From Neophaeotheca triangularis (Eukaryota), in contig BAAIJX010000067.1 in NCBI GenBank assembly GCA_054600435.1, forward strand, positions 62,001 to 96,005: 34,005 bases of DNA. Reading direction: 5' to 3'. Both the position numbers and the translations under genes were made by a program. Every line of letters begins with the position of its first letter. Positions within the stretch are counted from its first letter, which is position 1. Positions 1 to 11,189 of the stretch are shown here, piece after piece. A model generated the notes under the pieces. That model searched no databases and was not told the DNA's origin. It was given only the letters and a program-made list of their open reading frames with translations.

Positions 1-2
1 GT

Positions 3-317
3 GAAGCCATAGGCTGCACAATCCAGTTCTCCGGCACCAAAGCCCGCGATCCCGATGACAAAGATGAGAAGCAGGAAGTCGTGACTTTCGACTTCGTTTA
101 CAGGGTCAACGAGACGGATGGCAGGGGCGTTTCGGTTCTGTCGCAGGATTTGCAGGCTGTCAAGTTGCCCAAGAGTTTCAAGGGTTTGGAGCGTTGTGAG
201 TTTAAGGTTTTGGAGGATGGGGTGCGCGGGGATAAGAAGATGGCGAGTCCGAGGTTGGTTTTTGATGATGTTGAGTACAAGATTAAGGGGAAGGGATTGA
301 AGAAGGAGGGGGAGTAG
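3..317 (+). CDS. 3' end of a hypothetical protein (5' part lies outside the window)
   Basis: Frame is open from position 3 (EAIGCTIQFSGTKARDPDDKDEKQEVVTFDFVYRV...PRLVFDDVEYKIKGKGLKKEGE*) with protein-like composition. No family recognised with confidence. Confidence 0.6.
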   Translation, partial: EAIGCTIQFSGTKARDPDDKDEKQEVVTFDFVYRVNETDGRGVSVLSQDLQAVKLPKSFKGLERCEFKVLEDGVRGDKKMASPRLVFDDVEYKIKGKGLKKEGE

Positions 318-688
318 GCGGGATCGAGTTGAGTGGGGAGGGGGACTCGGTTTGGTTTTGGGGGTCTGAATGACATGGAGGGTTGGAAGTCAGGCGGCAG
401 GGGATTCAGGTTTCTTCCTAAGGATTGAGTGATTCAGTGGTAATGCCTAGGCGGAGAGTTTTGGTTGTGTTGCGTTATGTTTTCGTCGTTTTGACTAGTG
501 TCCCTAATGTCTACCACTTACCATTGTCAAGAATGCAAGCTACCTACTCAATGTATTTGATCTCTTTCCCCCCTCCATTCTCGTTTCCGTCCAATGTACC
601 TTCTCGCTCTAAGTGTCACGTCAGCTAGCTCGATGGATCTTGTAAACCACCTTCTCCTTCTTTATCCTTTCCAATCGAATCCCGATAC

Positions 689-880
689 ACCGACGCCTCT
701 CTCACGCCAAATTCGGAAAAGGCATAGCCAACACCGAAACCAGACCATTCACCCACTTCAACACCCCCTAAAAAGCAAGACCAAAACCGACCCTTCTCCC
801 ACGCCATACTTGGAATAAGCAGAACCAACACCCAAACCAGACCATCCATCCACTTCAACACATCCTAGAAAGCAAGACCA
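689..880. repeat. Imperfect tandem duplication, two copies with a ~97-bp period
   Basis: 689-783 (accgacgcctctctcacgcc...cacttcaacaccccctaaaaagcaagacca) versus 786-880 (accgacccttctcccacgcc...cacttcaacacatcctagaaagcaagacca). Confidence 0.85.
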
Positions 881-1361
881 GCGTGCACCCACAGCGTCCA
901 GACTGCTAGCATCAAAACCCCTAAATCCAAAATTCAACTCCAAGTCCGCAAATGGCCAACCAAGGCAATCGCCCTCAGCCGAAACAACCACGAGCGAATA
1001 ATAATATCAAGAGCGTACCTTAAGTAAGATCGACAGCGACAGCGACAGCGATAGCATACAGACCACACAGACTGCTAAATTTTACGAGAAACCTCAAGTT
1101 CAAGTCCGAAGACTGCCAGCTTTCCCCCGTTGGCCATGGCATCGGCAATCGATGGAGATGACTGAGGGCGGACGTGTCTCAGGGTGGGGGAGCGTGTTTT
1201 GGCGAGGGATTGATGGAGAATTGGACGGACTGATGGGGAAGCTTGTTTGCCGAGAAGCTTGTTTCGTGGTGTCTTTGTCCGGCTACCTAGGTGGCTGGTA
1301 CACACTGCACTGATGTAGATGGGTTCGGGTTAGGTTAGTTCAGGTCAGGTAACGTCAGCTG

Positions 1362-1395
1362 CCTTCCTTCCTTCCTTCCTTCCTTCTTTCTTTCC
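1362..1395. repeat. (CCTT)n/(CTTT)n microsatellite
   Basis: ccttccttccttccttccttccttctttctttc read directly. Confidence 0.9.
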
Positions 1396-1763
1396 CGTAC
1401 CGTGGGCCAACTCAACCTAAGCACCTCGGGAGGTATGATGGGAGGAAACGACCCCTTTTTGGCGGAAATGGAACATCCATGTCTCTCCATCACAATTTAC
1501 CATTTGGGGAGGCGAGGGGAGAAAGGGTGTGTCAGGTTTCCGTTCGAGGCGGGTTACGCTTCTTTGCTGGACTTGTTTACTTGGTAGATGATACTTGTCA
1601 ACTTGTTAGCTTGATAGCTTGTCACTTGTTAGTTGGGCTTTTTTTCCCCCTATGCTTCTTTTTTGGTGTCCGAGATGAGTGAGAGTGTGAGCTCGAAGCT
1701 TGGAGGCTGGGACTGTAACCACCCGATGGTATAAGCGGGCGCGGTTGAGGGATATATTGCTGT

Positions 1764-1875
1764 GAGAAAGAAAGAGAGAGGGAGGGAGGCAGAGAGAGGG
1801 AGGCAGAGAGAGGGAGGCAGGGAGAGAGATGTGAGCGAGAGCAAAAGAAAAAGAGAGATGTGAGTGAGACTAAAA

Positions 1876-1906
<31 letters not shown>

Positions 1907-1916
1907 GGAAGAGAAA
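1764..1916. repeat. GA-rich polypurine low-complexity tract
   Basis: Degenerate (GA)n and gagagagggaggca repeats. Confidence 0.85.
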
Positions 1917-2261
1917 CATACAGAGCAGCTTGCACGTCAGCGTGCAAAAAACCCCCGAAAGACGAAAGAGGAAGGAAAATAAGACTCCATGCTGGATTGA
2001 AACCGCTTCATCATCAACAGCCCCTCCAGGTTTTTCGGAATTCTCTTAGTGTCAAGAGAGCTTGGGGAATAAACGGCAAAACGGCAAACGCCCAAAACAC
2101 CATCGCTATACCGTATCTTGACCCTGCCCCTTTCAAACCTAACAAGCCAACGCCACGCCTACCCGGAAACCGAACCCCTTTCATAACTCCAACCGTCAAG
2201 AGCCCGCCAACGCCGCGGAAACCAATACCTTACCTATCCGACCCTTCCGACCATATCTGAT

Positions 2262-3941
2262 CTACCGTCCTGTAACCCCATCAGCCCTCCCATCCGCTCC
2301 CACGCCAGCCTCCCCAGCCGCGCCCTCACCCCCACCACCCCCGGCACTTCCTCCACCAAGATAACTCTCCTTCTCCGCATCCTCATACTCCCCAATCAAG
2401 TCCATAACCACCTCCCTCGCAGTATCAAACTCCCCCAAACCATCCCTAAAAGCCTCTTCCCGCTTATACTGTTCGAGGAAAGCGTTTCTCTTGCGCAAAC
2501 GATCGTATTGCGCTACTGTGCGTTTGAAGAGCGTGGCGACGCCCGTGTGGTTCGCGAGCATTAGCCCGGATACGCGGGGTGGAGTGCGGGTCGTGTAGGG
2601 GGGTTGGGTGTAGGGGGATGTTCGCGTGAGGGCGACTTGGATGCTGGCGGGGCCCCAGGGGATGAAGGGGGTGAGGCTGCGTTCGCGGAGGCGGAGGAGG
2701 GATTTGTGGACCTGTATTGGGATGGAAAGGTTAGCGGGTAAGAAGTGAGATTCGGGTTGGTTGGGACCGGTAGTTGAGATGGATGATCGGATGCATGGCA
2801 GTGACTTACGTCGGTGGGATCTGCTTCGCCCATGATAATGTTGAGGATGCTGATGTAGCAGCTGCTTTTACTGGGCACCGTGCTGACCATGCGGTTCTTT
2901 GGCTGCAACAGTCTGCGCATCACATCCAAGACGGTAGTCTTCCGCACTGTGCGGTTCGCTTCCACATCGTCACCTGTAAAAGGTGTGTAACTCGTTTGCA
3001 AGAAATGGCACCGCGGCGTCGGAATCAAACTCGCCATTATCCCCACCAAATCATTATGCATATAACCCGGATAGCGCAGCGTCATGGTCGCGGCGGACAT
3101 GACGGTGGAGATCAGCTGGTTGGTCTGCTGGTACGAGGGTTCCGACATGTGCAGGGTATCGGCTGCGATGCGCGATAGAGCGCCATTGTCCAGTACCGTC
3201 ACGGCGTCCGCGTTCTCCGTCAAGCGTCGCAGCGACAGTAGCGAATTGTACGGCTGAACCACCACGTTGCCCGCGTTCTGCGTGTCTTCGAAGACAGAGT
3301 ATGTCTGGATGAGCTTCTTGGGGAAGCGGTCGTTGAGCCTCTCGAGCAGAAAACTCCCCAGTCCACTCCCAGTACCACCTGCTATCGAATGCAGCAGCAT
3401 AAAACCCTCCAGACTATCACTCCCGTCGGCTTCGCGATCAATCATATCCAGCACCTCATCCTGCACCGTCTCTCCCATACCATAGCCGGTAGCCCAATTA
3501 TTCCCTGCGCCCGTGCCTTGTTTCGCGACGTAGAAGTTCTCCGGGTTGTAGATGTTACCGTAGGGAGCGGCTTGGATGCCGTTGATGACGCGCGGTTCCA
3601 GGTCGAGGAGGATGGCGCGGGGGATGTAGCGCGTATCGTCGGATTGGTAGAAGAAGACGTCTTTGCGGTCACCGCCGAGGGTCGCAAAGGACGAGAGTTG
3701 GCCGTCTTCGTTGATGCCGTGTTCGAGGCAGAGTTGTTGCCAGAATTTGGAGCCGACTGGGAAGAAGACGAGGTGTCAGTGGTGAAGACAGTCATGGTGG
3801 ACGGGGATGAGAGCTTACCGCTGTTGCCGCATTGGCCTGCTTGGAGGGTGATGATTTCGCTGGGTTTGGTGTTAGTTGGATTGAGATGCACTGTATAGGG
3901 TGAGTATTGAGGGGGGGAGTGGTCGAGTCTTACCGTGGCAT
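2262..3941 (-). CDS. mipA: Gamma-tubulin, 4 exons (3941-3934, 3859-3819, 3756-2810, 2711-2262)
   Basis: Spliced N-terminus [41 protein letters not shown] tubulin signature; [30 protein letters not shown] and GLMLANHT are gamma-tubulin motifs; all three introns are GT..AG and keep the frame. Confidence 0.97.
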
Positions 3942-4448
3942 GTTGCCCTTTGCATGCGAATTACTATCGCCAGTAACAGCTCAAGATTGTGTTTTCTCGA
4001 CCCTGACGGCGAGAGACGACGCGAAGGTGGGCAATGTGGGGTCCAGAGTGTTCGTCACGCGTTTGCTTCGTGAAGTCGGCTTGATGACTAAGACAAGTTG
4101 CGGCTCAAAAGGGAAATTGGATGGAAGCAGGATGAGGTGAAGGATGAGACACGGGAAGACCAGAGGAAGATAGCATTGGGTAGGTAGTATCAGATGTAAA
4201 CTTGATGCAGCGAGTATGTGTTCGGAACATGCTACCATGAACTCCACGCTCATAATTGCGCCCTCCATACCCTCAAGTATTGGGTATCTCCCCTCCCTTT
4301 GTAGAACGCCATCCCTTAAATATCGATTTTCTCTCACTCACGCAAGACCCCCGAACTCAGCAGTCAGCAATAAGTTTCTCGACAGCAGCCGTGTAAACTC
4401 CACAATCGCACCCCTCATCGCCTCACACCACCAAACTGCTCCCCTCAC

Positions 4449-5495
4449 TTAGTCACTCTCCATGCTCCCCCCATCATCCCCCCTTCCCTTCCCCCTTACC
4501 TTCCCATCCGCCCACTTCTCATAAAGGAAGACCTTACACCCACCACCCCTTCCCCTCAACTCCTCAGGACACCAGTCCTCCTCCTCCTCCTCCTCCTCTC
4601 CCCCTTCATCCCCAACAACAACCAAAACATCCTCTGGCAGCGCGTGTTCCTCAACCCCCAAAACCAAAGCCTCCTCATCCAAATCGATCCTCCCCAACGC
4701 CCCCAACTCCCTAACAACCCTCTCACTATAACACCCCAGAACCCTAACCTCAGCCCTCAACCGACTACCCCCAGCTCTCCGTCGCAGACCCCCGAGAAAC
4801 CCAGCGCCACCGCCATTCGGAGCGAAGTTTAAGCCAAACTCCCTGTCATCTGTCCATTTTGGGTTTGATCGCGGTTCCTGCAGGGCTTGCGGTGTCGAGA
4901 GGAGTTTGAGGTGAGGGTGTTGGGAGGGGTTGTCTGGGTTTGAGTGCGTGGTGAGGAGGCTTTGTGGGTTTCCTTGGCTGTCGGTTGTGTGGGTCAGGCT
5001 GGGTACGGCGTTCCAGGGTGTGGTGTGGAAAGTGGAGGTGAAGGCTTTGCAGGTTGGCTTGCTACAGTGGGCGCTGGTCTGGGGAAATGGAGAGGCGTGG
5101 GTGGTTGTGGTTGTTGTTTTGAGTGTGAGAGCGGGAGGCGCGGTTGATGGTGTGGTTGGGACTGTAGTTGTGATTGTGGTTGTGAGGGGCCCAGAGTGGT
5201 GGCGGGTGCGGTTGCGACCGCGTTGGGGCGAATCGCATGGGTCGTAGTTCTCTTCATCTGAGCTGACGGCTTCTTCGTCGGAGCTGAGATCTTCGTCGGA
5301 GGACGAGGAGTATGAAAAGGGTTGAGACTCGGGGGAGGAAGTGGCGGAGATGTCTGATGAGGTGGAGTTGTTTGACGAGGAAGAGGTGATTTTGTCTGAA
5401 ATGTTGGAGTCGTCTGAAGAATCGCTGGGTGTAAGGCTGAATGCTTTTGTTGGGTCGTCAAGCATCACCGCCGATGCTTTTGGTGTGCTCGCCAT
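4449..5495 (-). CDS. Hypothetical Ser/Thr/acidic low-complexity protein (start uncertain: 5495 or 5636)
   Basis: 395-codon open frame with the same C-rich 5' / G-rich 3' coding bias as neighbouring genes. No recognisable domain. Confidence 0.5.
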   Translation of the reverse strand: MASTPKASAVMLDDPTKAFSLTPSDSSDDSNISDKITSSSSNNSTSSDISATSSPESQPFSYSSSSDEDLSSDEEAVSSDEENYDPCDSPQRGRNRTRHHSGPLTTTITTTVPTTPSTAPPALTLKTTTTTTHASPFPQTSAHCSKPTCKAFTSTFHTTPWNAVPSLTHTTDSQGNPQSLLTTHSNPDNPSQHPHLKLLSTPQALQEPRSNPKWTDDREFGLNFAPNGGGAGFLGGLRRRAGGSRLRAEVRVLGCYSERVVRELGALGRIDLDEEALVLGVEEHALPEDVLVVVGDEGGEEEEEEEDWCPEELRGRGGGCKVFLYEKWADGKVRGKGRGDDGGSMESD

Positions 5496-6205
5496 GGTAG
5501 TGGTTTGCGCGGTTGAGTCAGAAGTGGCAAGGGTTTGCTCTTTGCAGGTCTTGTGAAGTGGTGGTGGTGTCGTGACCGTTGGCGGTTGGTTGCGGTCGGG
5601 AGAGGTTGATGAAGGGTTTGTTGGGATGGGTACCATGTTTGGTTGAAGAGGAAGAACGAATACAAGGGTCTAGTGTAGAGTGTAGACCATGCTCCCGCCG
5701 CGTGCGCCGCGCGTGGGATCGACAGCTACAGCCTACCTGTGCTACCACGATACGACTAGACAGGGGTGGTCACTGGATACAGTGGATAGGTAGGGTGCAG
5801 GTGGACGGATGATTTGCAGAGCTTGCGAAGCTTGTGTGCATGTGGTCCCTCTAACCATCCATTACCTCCTATCTAAATCAATTTCTACCTAATCTATACC
5901 TACCTTAGCCACATACCTATAGTAGGTAATCCTAATAGGGTGATAGGGTGGTAGACACTACACCACCTGCACATGGCGTGCGGAAAGAGACGGCGCATAC
6001 ATACCCGCTGTCTCTTACTACTGCAAGCCTCTTTTTTGTCTACCAAAACTACGGGCACCTCACGCCCGCCGTAAGCATTTTGATAGTCATGGTAGTACTG
6101 TAGTCCCTGCCCTCATCTTCTCGCCCCCCAACCTCGTCACAACTCATATCACGCCTACCTACCCTACCTACAATTCATAAGTTACCTTTCGGAACAATCT
6201 CCACC

Positions 6206-7492
6206 ATGGCTACTGACGAGCAAGACGGAGCACCACTACTGCCCACGCCTTCGTTCAAACCCTTCAACCCTCCAACACAGCCAGACCAACATGAATCCGC
6301 CCCCTCTTCCCCAACCGCAACACCCGATGACACCATCTTCCCCTTCCCAACCTTTGCCACCTCCCGTCCAGACGCCCGCAAAACTCACTTCCCCCAATGT
6401 ATCGCCCATCGCGGCTACAAAGCCGCCTATCCAGAAAACACCATGAGTGCATTCCGCGGCGCCATGAAAATCGGTGCCCACGCCATCGAAACCGACCTAC
6501 ACATCACCAGCGACGACATCATCGTCATCTCCCACGACCCAACCCTCCAACGTTGCTACGGCCGCCCGGATAAAATACCCGACTCCACCTGGTCCTCCCT
6601 CTCCACCGCGAAAACTCTCCAGCCCCCCCACGACCCCCTTCCCCGCCTCACCGACCTCCTAACCCTCCTCTCATCCCCGGAAAACCACCACATCTGGCTC
6701 CTCCTCGACATCAAAATCTCCAACGACCCGGTCCGCATAATGTCCCTCCTCGCCAAAACATTCGCAACCCACCCTACCCCGTCCAACTCCCCTCCCTGGC
6801 CCTCCCGCATCCTCCTAGGCCTCTGGGCAGCCAAGTACCTCCCCCCAGCCCACTCCTACCTCCCAAATTACAGCGTCACGCACATAGGTTTCGCACTAAC
6901 CTACGCCGCACACTTCCTCGACCTCCCACACATAGCTTTCAACCTCTTCCTCCCCATGCTCATCGCCCCCGGTGGCACCAAATTCATCCGCGAAGCCCGA
7001 ACGCTCCACCACCGCCCCGTCTTAGCCTGGACGGTCAACGAAATCGACAAAATGTCCTGGTGTGTGCGGCATGGGATTGACGGGGTGGTGACGGATGAGC
7101 CGGAGGTATTTTTGGGACTTGTTCGGGGTTGGGAGGAGGCTGAGCGCCATGCTTCTTCCTCTTCTTCTTCTTCTTCTCGGAGTCTGGGTCACGGCTGGGC
7201 TGGCGGGCTTTTACCCATCGAGCCGAGGGGGTATTGGCGGTGTTTGAAAGTCTGGCTTTGGTTTCGAGTGCTGGGGTTTTGGAGTCTGCGGAATTTGAAA
7301 CCGGTTGCGAGTCGGGGTTTGGTTTTTGGGGGTGTGGAAGGGGAAGAGGGTGGGGCGGGAGGTCGAGGTGGGTTGGAGAGAAATAGTGGCTTTGGGCTTA
7401 AGAGTGTGGAGGGCATTAAAGGGGTCGATGGTGCGCTGGAGGGAGAGCTGGGGGGTGTTGGTGAGCGGGTTGAGGTAGAGGCTGCTACATGA
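6206..7492 (+). CDS. Glycerophosphodiester phosphodiesterase (GDPD) family protein, Pgc1-like phospholipase C
   Basis: PQCIAHRGYKAAYPENTMSAF, AIETDLHITSDDIIVISHD, LLLDIK, WTVN and GIDGVVTDEP motifs of the GDPD TIM barrel; hydrophobic C-terminal segment. Confidence 0.92.
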   Translation: MATDEQDGAPLLPTPSFKPFNPPTQPDQHESAPSSPTATPDDTIFPFPTFATSRPDARKTHFPQCIAHRGYKAAYPENTMSAFRGAMKIGAHAIETDLHITSDDIIVISHDPTLQRCYGRPDKIPDSTWSSLSTAKTLQPPHDPLPRLTDLLTLLSSPENHHIWLLLDIKISNDPVRIMSLLAKTFATHPTPSNSPPWPSRILLGLWAAKYLPPAHSYLPNYSVTHIGFALTYAAHFLDLPHIAFNLFLPMLIAPGGTKFIREARTLHHRPVLAWTVNEIDKMSWCVRHGIDGVVTDEPEVFLGLVRGWEEAERHASSSSSSSSRSLGHGWAGGLLPIEPRGYWRCLKVWLWFRVLGFWSLRNLKPVASRGLVFGGVEGEEGGAGGRGGLERNSGFGLKSVEGIKGVDGALEGELGGVGERVEVEAAT

Positions 7493-8453
7493 TGGGGTTT
7501 GCGACAAACCGTCTCCAAGCGGGAGCACTCTCTTGTGCCTTTTAGAGTGGCTGCAGGCTAGTCATAGGAAACTTTCGTTACGCTTAAGGTCCGTCTCTTG
7601 AGGAACGACGTCGAAGCCCTGGAAGAGACTTTCTCTCGCTATTGTCGCCTGCTACGGCGTTGTTATAGTGGATGTTGCCCTTATTCTGGCTTTCTAATCG
7701 AATCCGGCCCTGTTTTCTGTTCGTGCACAGGTATCATTCCGATTAATCGTTTATAGTCGATTAGCGGACACCAGCCGGAACGGGAGGAACAGAGCCAGGT
7801 GTGCCGCACAGTCAACACAGCGCCAACTCATACTGTAAGGCAGTGGTCTGCCGATTCGCTAGCGACTGGCGCGCGCTGCCTGCTAGTGGGAAATGCGAGA
7901 TGCGACTCTAGGAGAAAGGTCCGCTAACCTTGAGCGTTGGCAGGCGTGCAGAATGTGATGGAGAAAAACGCTGCGCAGGCGAGGAAGGCGAAGATGCTGT
8001 ATTCCAAGTTCTCTTGGGCCTGCCCTAGTCGGCCATGTGTAGCGAATGGACGATGATGTTGACAGCTTATCTTGACGGATGAACTATACTATACAAGCTT
8101 AAGTCAGCCATTGTCTATTTTTTGGCGTCGAGTATATTTAGTATACTCTTTACTTGCAAGAGATTCGCAAGAGCTGCTAACGAACCAATCGAAAACCTCT
8201 TCGGCATTAATGTACCTTTAGGGTTCTGACTCTGCCAGATGTATGGTACCCGCAGACCCGTGAATCCATCGAAAGAGGTGACTGCTCCAAGAGAGGGTGC
8301 CTCGGAGAAATGCGACCAGCAACAGAGTTGACAGCGATGAAGACGAGTAAAGGGACCAAGGTAGAGTCAGTTCAAACAATTTTACAGTAAACAACACGTT
8401 TTACATAGCAATAGGTATCATGAACCGCAAACAAAACTCCGTAGACTTCAGTC

Positions 8454-11189
8454 TCACCTAACCATATCCCGCAGGGAGCGATTCGCATTACTCGCCCTCA
8501 CGATCCCCCCGCCAGTTTTGCCCCGGGGTGACAGAATCTGCTGTTCCTCTTCCATACCCCTCTGCTGCATAATCTCCGCGACACTGTTGCCATCCTCATC
8601 CCTGGCGTCCAAATCAGGCATTCCGAGATCCGCAAGCAGCCTCAAAACCTGCGCGTCACCCTTGTCGAGCGCCTGCAGCACCGCGTTCCAGCCCCGGTAC
8701 ATGAGATTGATGTCTGCGCCCTTTTCGAGGAGGTGTCGCACGTACGACATGTCGTCTTCGCGATGCCGTCGGATGGCTTTGATGATGGGGAGGTGTTCGC
8801 CGGGGAGGTTGGGGTCTGCGCCTGCTTCGTTGAGGAGGAATTGGAAGATAGCTTTGCGGTCTTCACGGATGGAGGTTGTGAGGGGGCTGAAAACGCCGCC
8901 GTTCTTCTCCTCGACGTCGACGCCTTTGGAAAGTAACAGCTTGACTGACTCGAGCTGGTTGGCTTGCACGGCCATTTCCAGAGCACCTTTGGGTATCTTC
9001 GAAACGGACAGGTGCGGCAGTAAACGGTCGAGGATTTCGGGGGTTTTTACGGCCATGTTCACGGGCCATTCGTGTCCGCGCACGCCTGGGGACGCACCAT
9101 TCGATAATAGAATGTCGATGAAGCCGATGTCGCCCTTACGAATCGCCGTGGTGAGAGCGGTGTGACCTTCGGGGCCGCGAGCATTGGGGTCTACGCCGTG
9201 TTTGAGTAAAAACACAAGAGCGTCCTGGTTGTTGTGCGCAACCGCTGCCTCGATTATGCCTTTCGGCCTCTCGGGATCTGCTCCGGCGGCGAGGACCTTG
9301 GGTAAGAGATGTGCGCGGTGATGCGTGACACATTTGAAAGCAGGGTACTCGGAGGCCGGCAGATTTGCGTCGGCGCCGGCTGCGATGATGATGTTCAGCA
9401 GATCCTCTCGGTTATCGCGGATAGCTGTGCACAAGGGTGTGAAGATGCCGTCTTTCTTTGCATTCGGGTCAACGCCGTGCTTGAAAAGTATCTGCACTGC
9501 TTCCAACGAGTTGATTGATGTGGCGAGCTCCAAGCAGCCCGGAGCACGGCGAAGATCGGCGCCTTTTTGGAGAAGACGTTCGAGGATTTGCGGTCGGTGT
9601 ACTGCAGGCCAGAGCATGTGCTTCGGACCCGGAAGGTTTGGGTTGGCAGAGTAGTCAAGTAGAAGCGTGACCAGATCCAAGCGGTTGGCGTTGATGGCTT
9701 TGAACAGAGCCGTCTCGCCGTGGCTGTTCTTCTCGTTTGGATCTGCCTCGTAGACCAACATCAATTCCACAAGCTGCATAGGTACGGTCGAGTTAATCGC
9801 CTTCATGAAAGGGGTGTCTCCATTCTCCATTATTCGCTGCGGGTCGGCGTTGTACTGAAGGTAGAGCAAGGCGAAGTGGGCTTTTCCGTGATTCAAGCTC
9901 AATGCAAACGGAGTCTCCTGCACCGGCCCGGCAGAACGGTTGGTACTGGCGCCGTATTTGAGGAGGAGCTGGGCGGCTTCATAGAACAGAACTTCGGTCG
10001 CAGCGTAAAGTGGTGTACAGTTGTCCTTGTCCTTTTCGTTGGGGTCGGCGCCAAATAGTAAAAGCAAGCGGACGCTGTTGAGGTCATGGTTCATTATTGC
10101 GACTCTGAGGTAACTACACTCCGAAGCGTGCTGTGGCGAGGCGCCACTGTCGAGAAGATGCTCTACCATCTTGTAGTTCCGCTCCCGCAATGCAGCCAAG
10201 AGTGCTGTCTGGGTTCCTGGTGAGGTTGCGCCCTCGGTGTGCTTCGGGCGCCAGCGCGAGACAGTAGAGGTATCGACCTTGATGCGGATGGCCTGTTTGG
10301 GCAGATCTTCCAGCACGTGATGGTCCATCATTCCTTCTACCTGCGAAATGGAAGAAGGCTTCGTACTTTCCGAGGAGGGACTGGTGAGTGTCGTGTTATT
10401 CGTCATCCCCGTACGTGAAGTAAAAGTCTGGGAGGCTACTGTTCCTTTGCTGTAATTGGGAGTTCGCACAGAGTCAGGCCAACTTTCCCGTTCTCGCTCA
10501 GGAGCGCCTTGCGAGTCTGGCCAACCAGCCGGTGATAGGTCTCGTCGTGGATCGCAAATTGTTCCGGAAATGGCCAATGCTGGATCTTGCGGTAACTCAC
10601 GAGTCTCCTCTGCGAATGCCTTGGTGTCTGAAGTTGGTGCGCCTTTTGGTATCCCACGAGTTGGGTCCGGTCGATCGAGTACGGCCGCGAGTGCAGTGTA
10701 GCCGATGCAAATCCCGGTTTCTACGTTGATCTCCCGTACCATCCAGGTGAAGAGCAACGTACTGGTCTTCGAGCTTTCACGGCATTGGACCAAGGATCGT
10801 CTCATCTGCTCAAGGTCGCCATCGCTAAACATGAGTCGGATGCCTCGAGCGAACTTGCTGAAGCCTTGCTTGTGTTCATCATTCAACATTCTATTCACCA
10901 TCTGGTTGAGTAGAACGAGGTTGGTGTTGTACTGGCGAAGTACTTCCCGCAGTTCATTGGTCGCATCTGCTGCGAATGCCTTGGCAGCTCGCGCGGCTTC
11001 TGCGAGGCCGGTCTTCGCGGCAAAAAGGGGGCGACTGGCCTCCAGGAATTCAATCGCAAGCTGCGAGAAGCCGCGGCGTGGGTTACGAGCTTCGCTGATG
11101 TATTCCAGCATGTGCACGGCCGTGCTGTTGCCGACCTTGAGAGAGCTGTTGCATAGCTCGAGGAGAGTTTCTTTGCCCTTGGGAGCCAT
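8454..11189 (-). CDS. Ankyrin-repeat protein, 911 aa, with N-terminal helical domain and S/T-rich linker
   Basis: Single long ORF with many ankyrin repeats (TPLYAA...LLLKYGA, GETALFKAI...LLLDYSANPN, GHTALTTAI...LLSNGA, LLEKGADIN) over roughly the last 580 aa. Confidence 0.92.
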   Translation of the reverse strand: MAPKGKETLLELCNSSLKVGNSTAVHMLEYISEARNPRRGFSQLAIEFLEASRPLFAAKTGLAEAARAAKAFAADATNELREVLRQYNTNLVLLNQMVNRMLNDEHKQGFSKFARGIRLMFSDGDLEQMRRSLVQCRESSKTSTLLFTWMVREINVETGICIGYTALAAVLDRPDPTRGIPKGAPTSDTKAFAEETRELPQDPALAISGTICDPRRDLSPAGWPDSQGAPERERESWPDSVRTPNYSKGTVASQTFTSRTGMTNNTTLTSPSSESTKPSSISQVEGMMDHHVLEDLPKQAIRIKVDTSTVSRWRPKHTEGATSPGTQTALLAALRERNYKMVEHLLDSGASPQHASECSYLRVAIMNHDLNSVRLLLLFGADPNEKDKDNCTPLYAATEVLFYEAAQLLLKYGASTNRSAGPVQETPFALSLNHGKAHFALLYLQYNADPQRIMENGDTPFMKAINSTVPMQLVELMLVYEADPNEKNSHGETALFKAINANRLDLVTLLLDYSANPNLPGPKHMLWPAVHRPQILERLLQKGADLRRAPGCLELATSINSLEAVQILFKHGVDPNAKKDGIFTPLCTAIRDNREDLLNIIIAAGADANLPASEYPAFKCVTHHRAHLLPKVLAAGADPERPKGIIEAAVAHNNQDALVFLLKHGVDPNARGPEGHTALTTAIRKGDIGFIDILLSNGASPGVRGHEWPVNMAVKTPEILDRLLPHLSVSKIPKGALEMAVQANQLESVKLLLSKGVDVEEKNGGVFSPLTTSIREDRKAIFQFLLNEAGADPNLPGEHLPIIKAIRRHREDDMSYVRHLLEKGADINLMYRGWNAVLQALDKGDAQVLRLLADLGMPDLDARDEDGNSVAEIMQQRGMEEEQQILSPRGKTGGGIVRASNANRSLRDMVR

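Noticed and set aside
1650..2049. Hydrophobic and charged ORFs over the GA tract
   Set aside because: Artefacts of translating a microsatellite.
2774..3898. + strand ORFs opposite gamma-tubulin, and similar ones opposite the ankyrin, MFS and TF genes
   Set aside because: Antisense shadows of real coding sequence; unlike the retrotransposon antisense ORF they have no independent motif.
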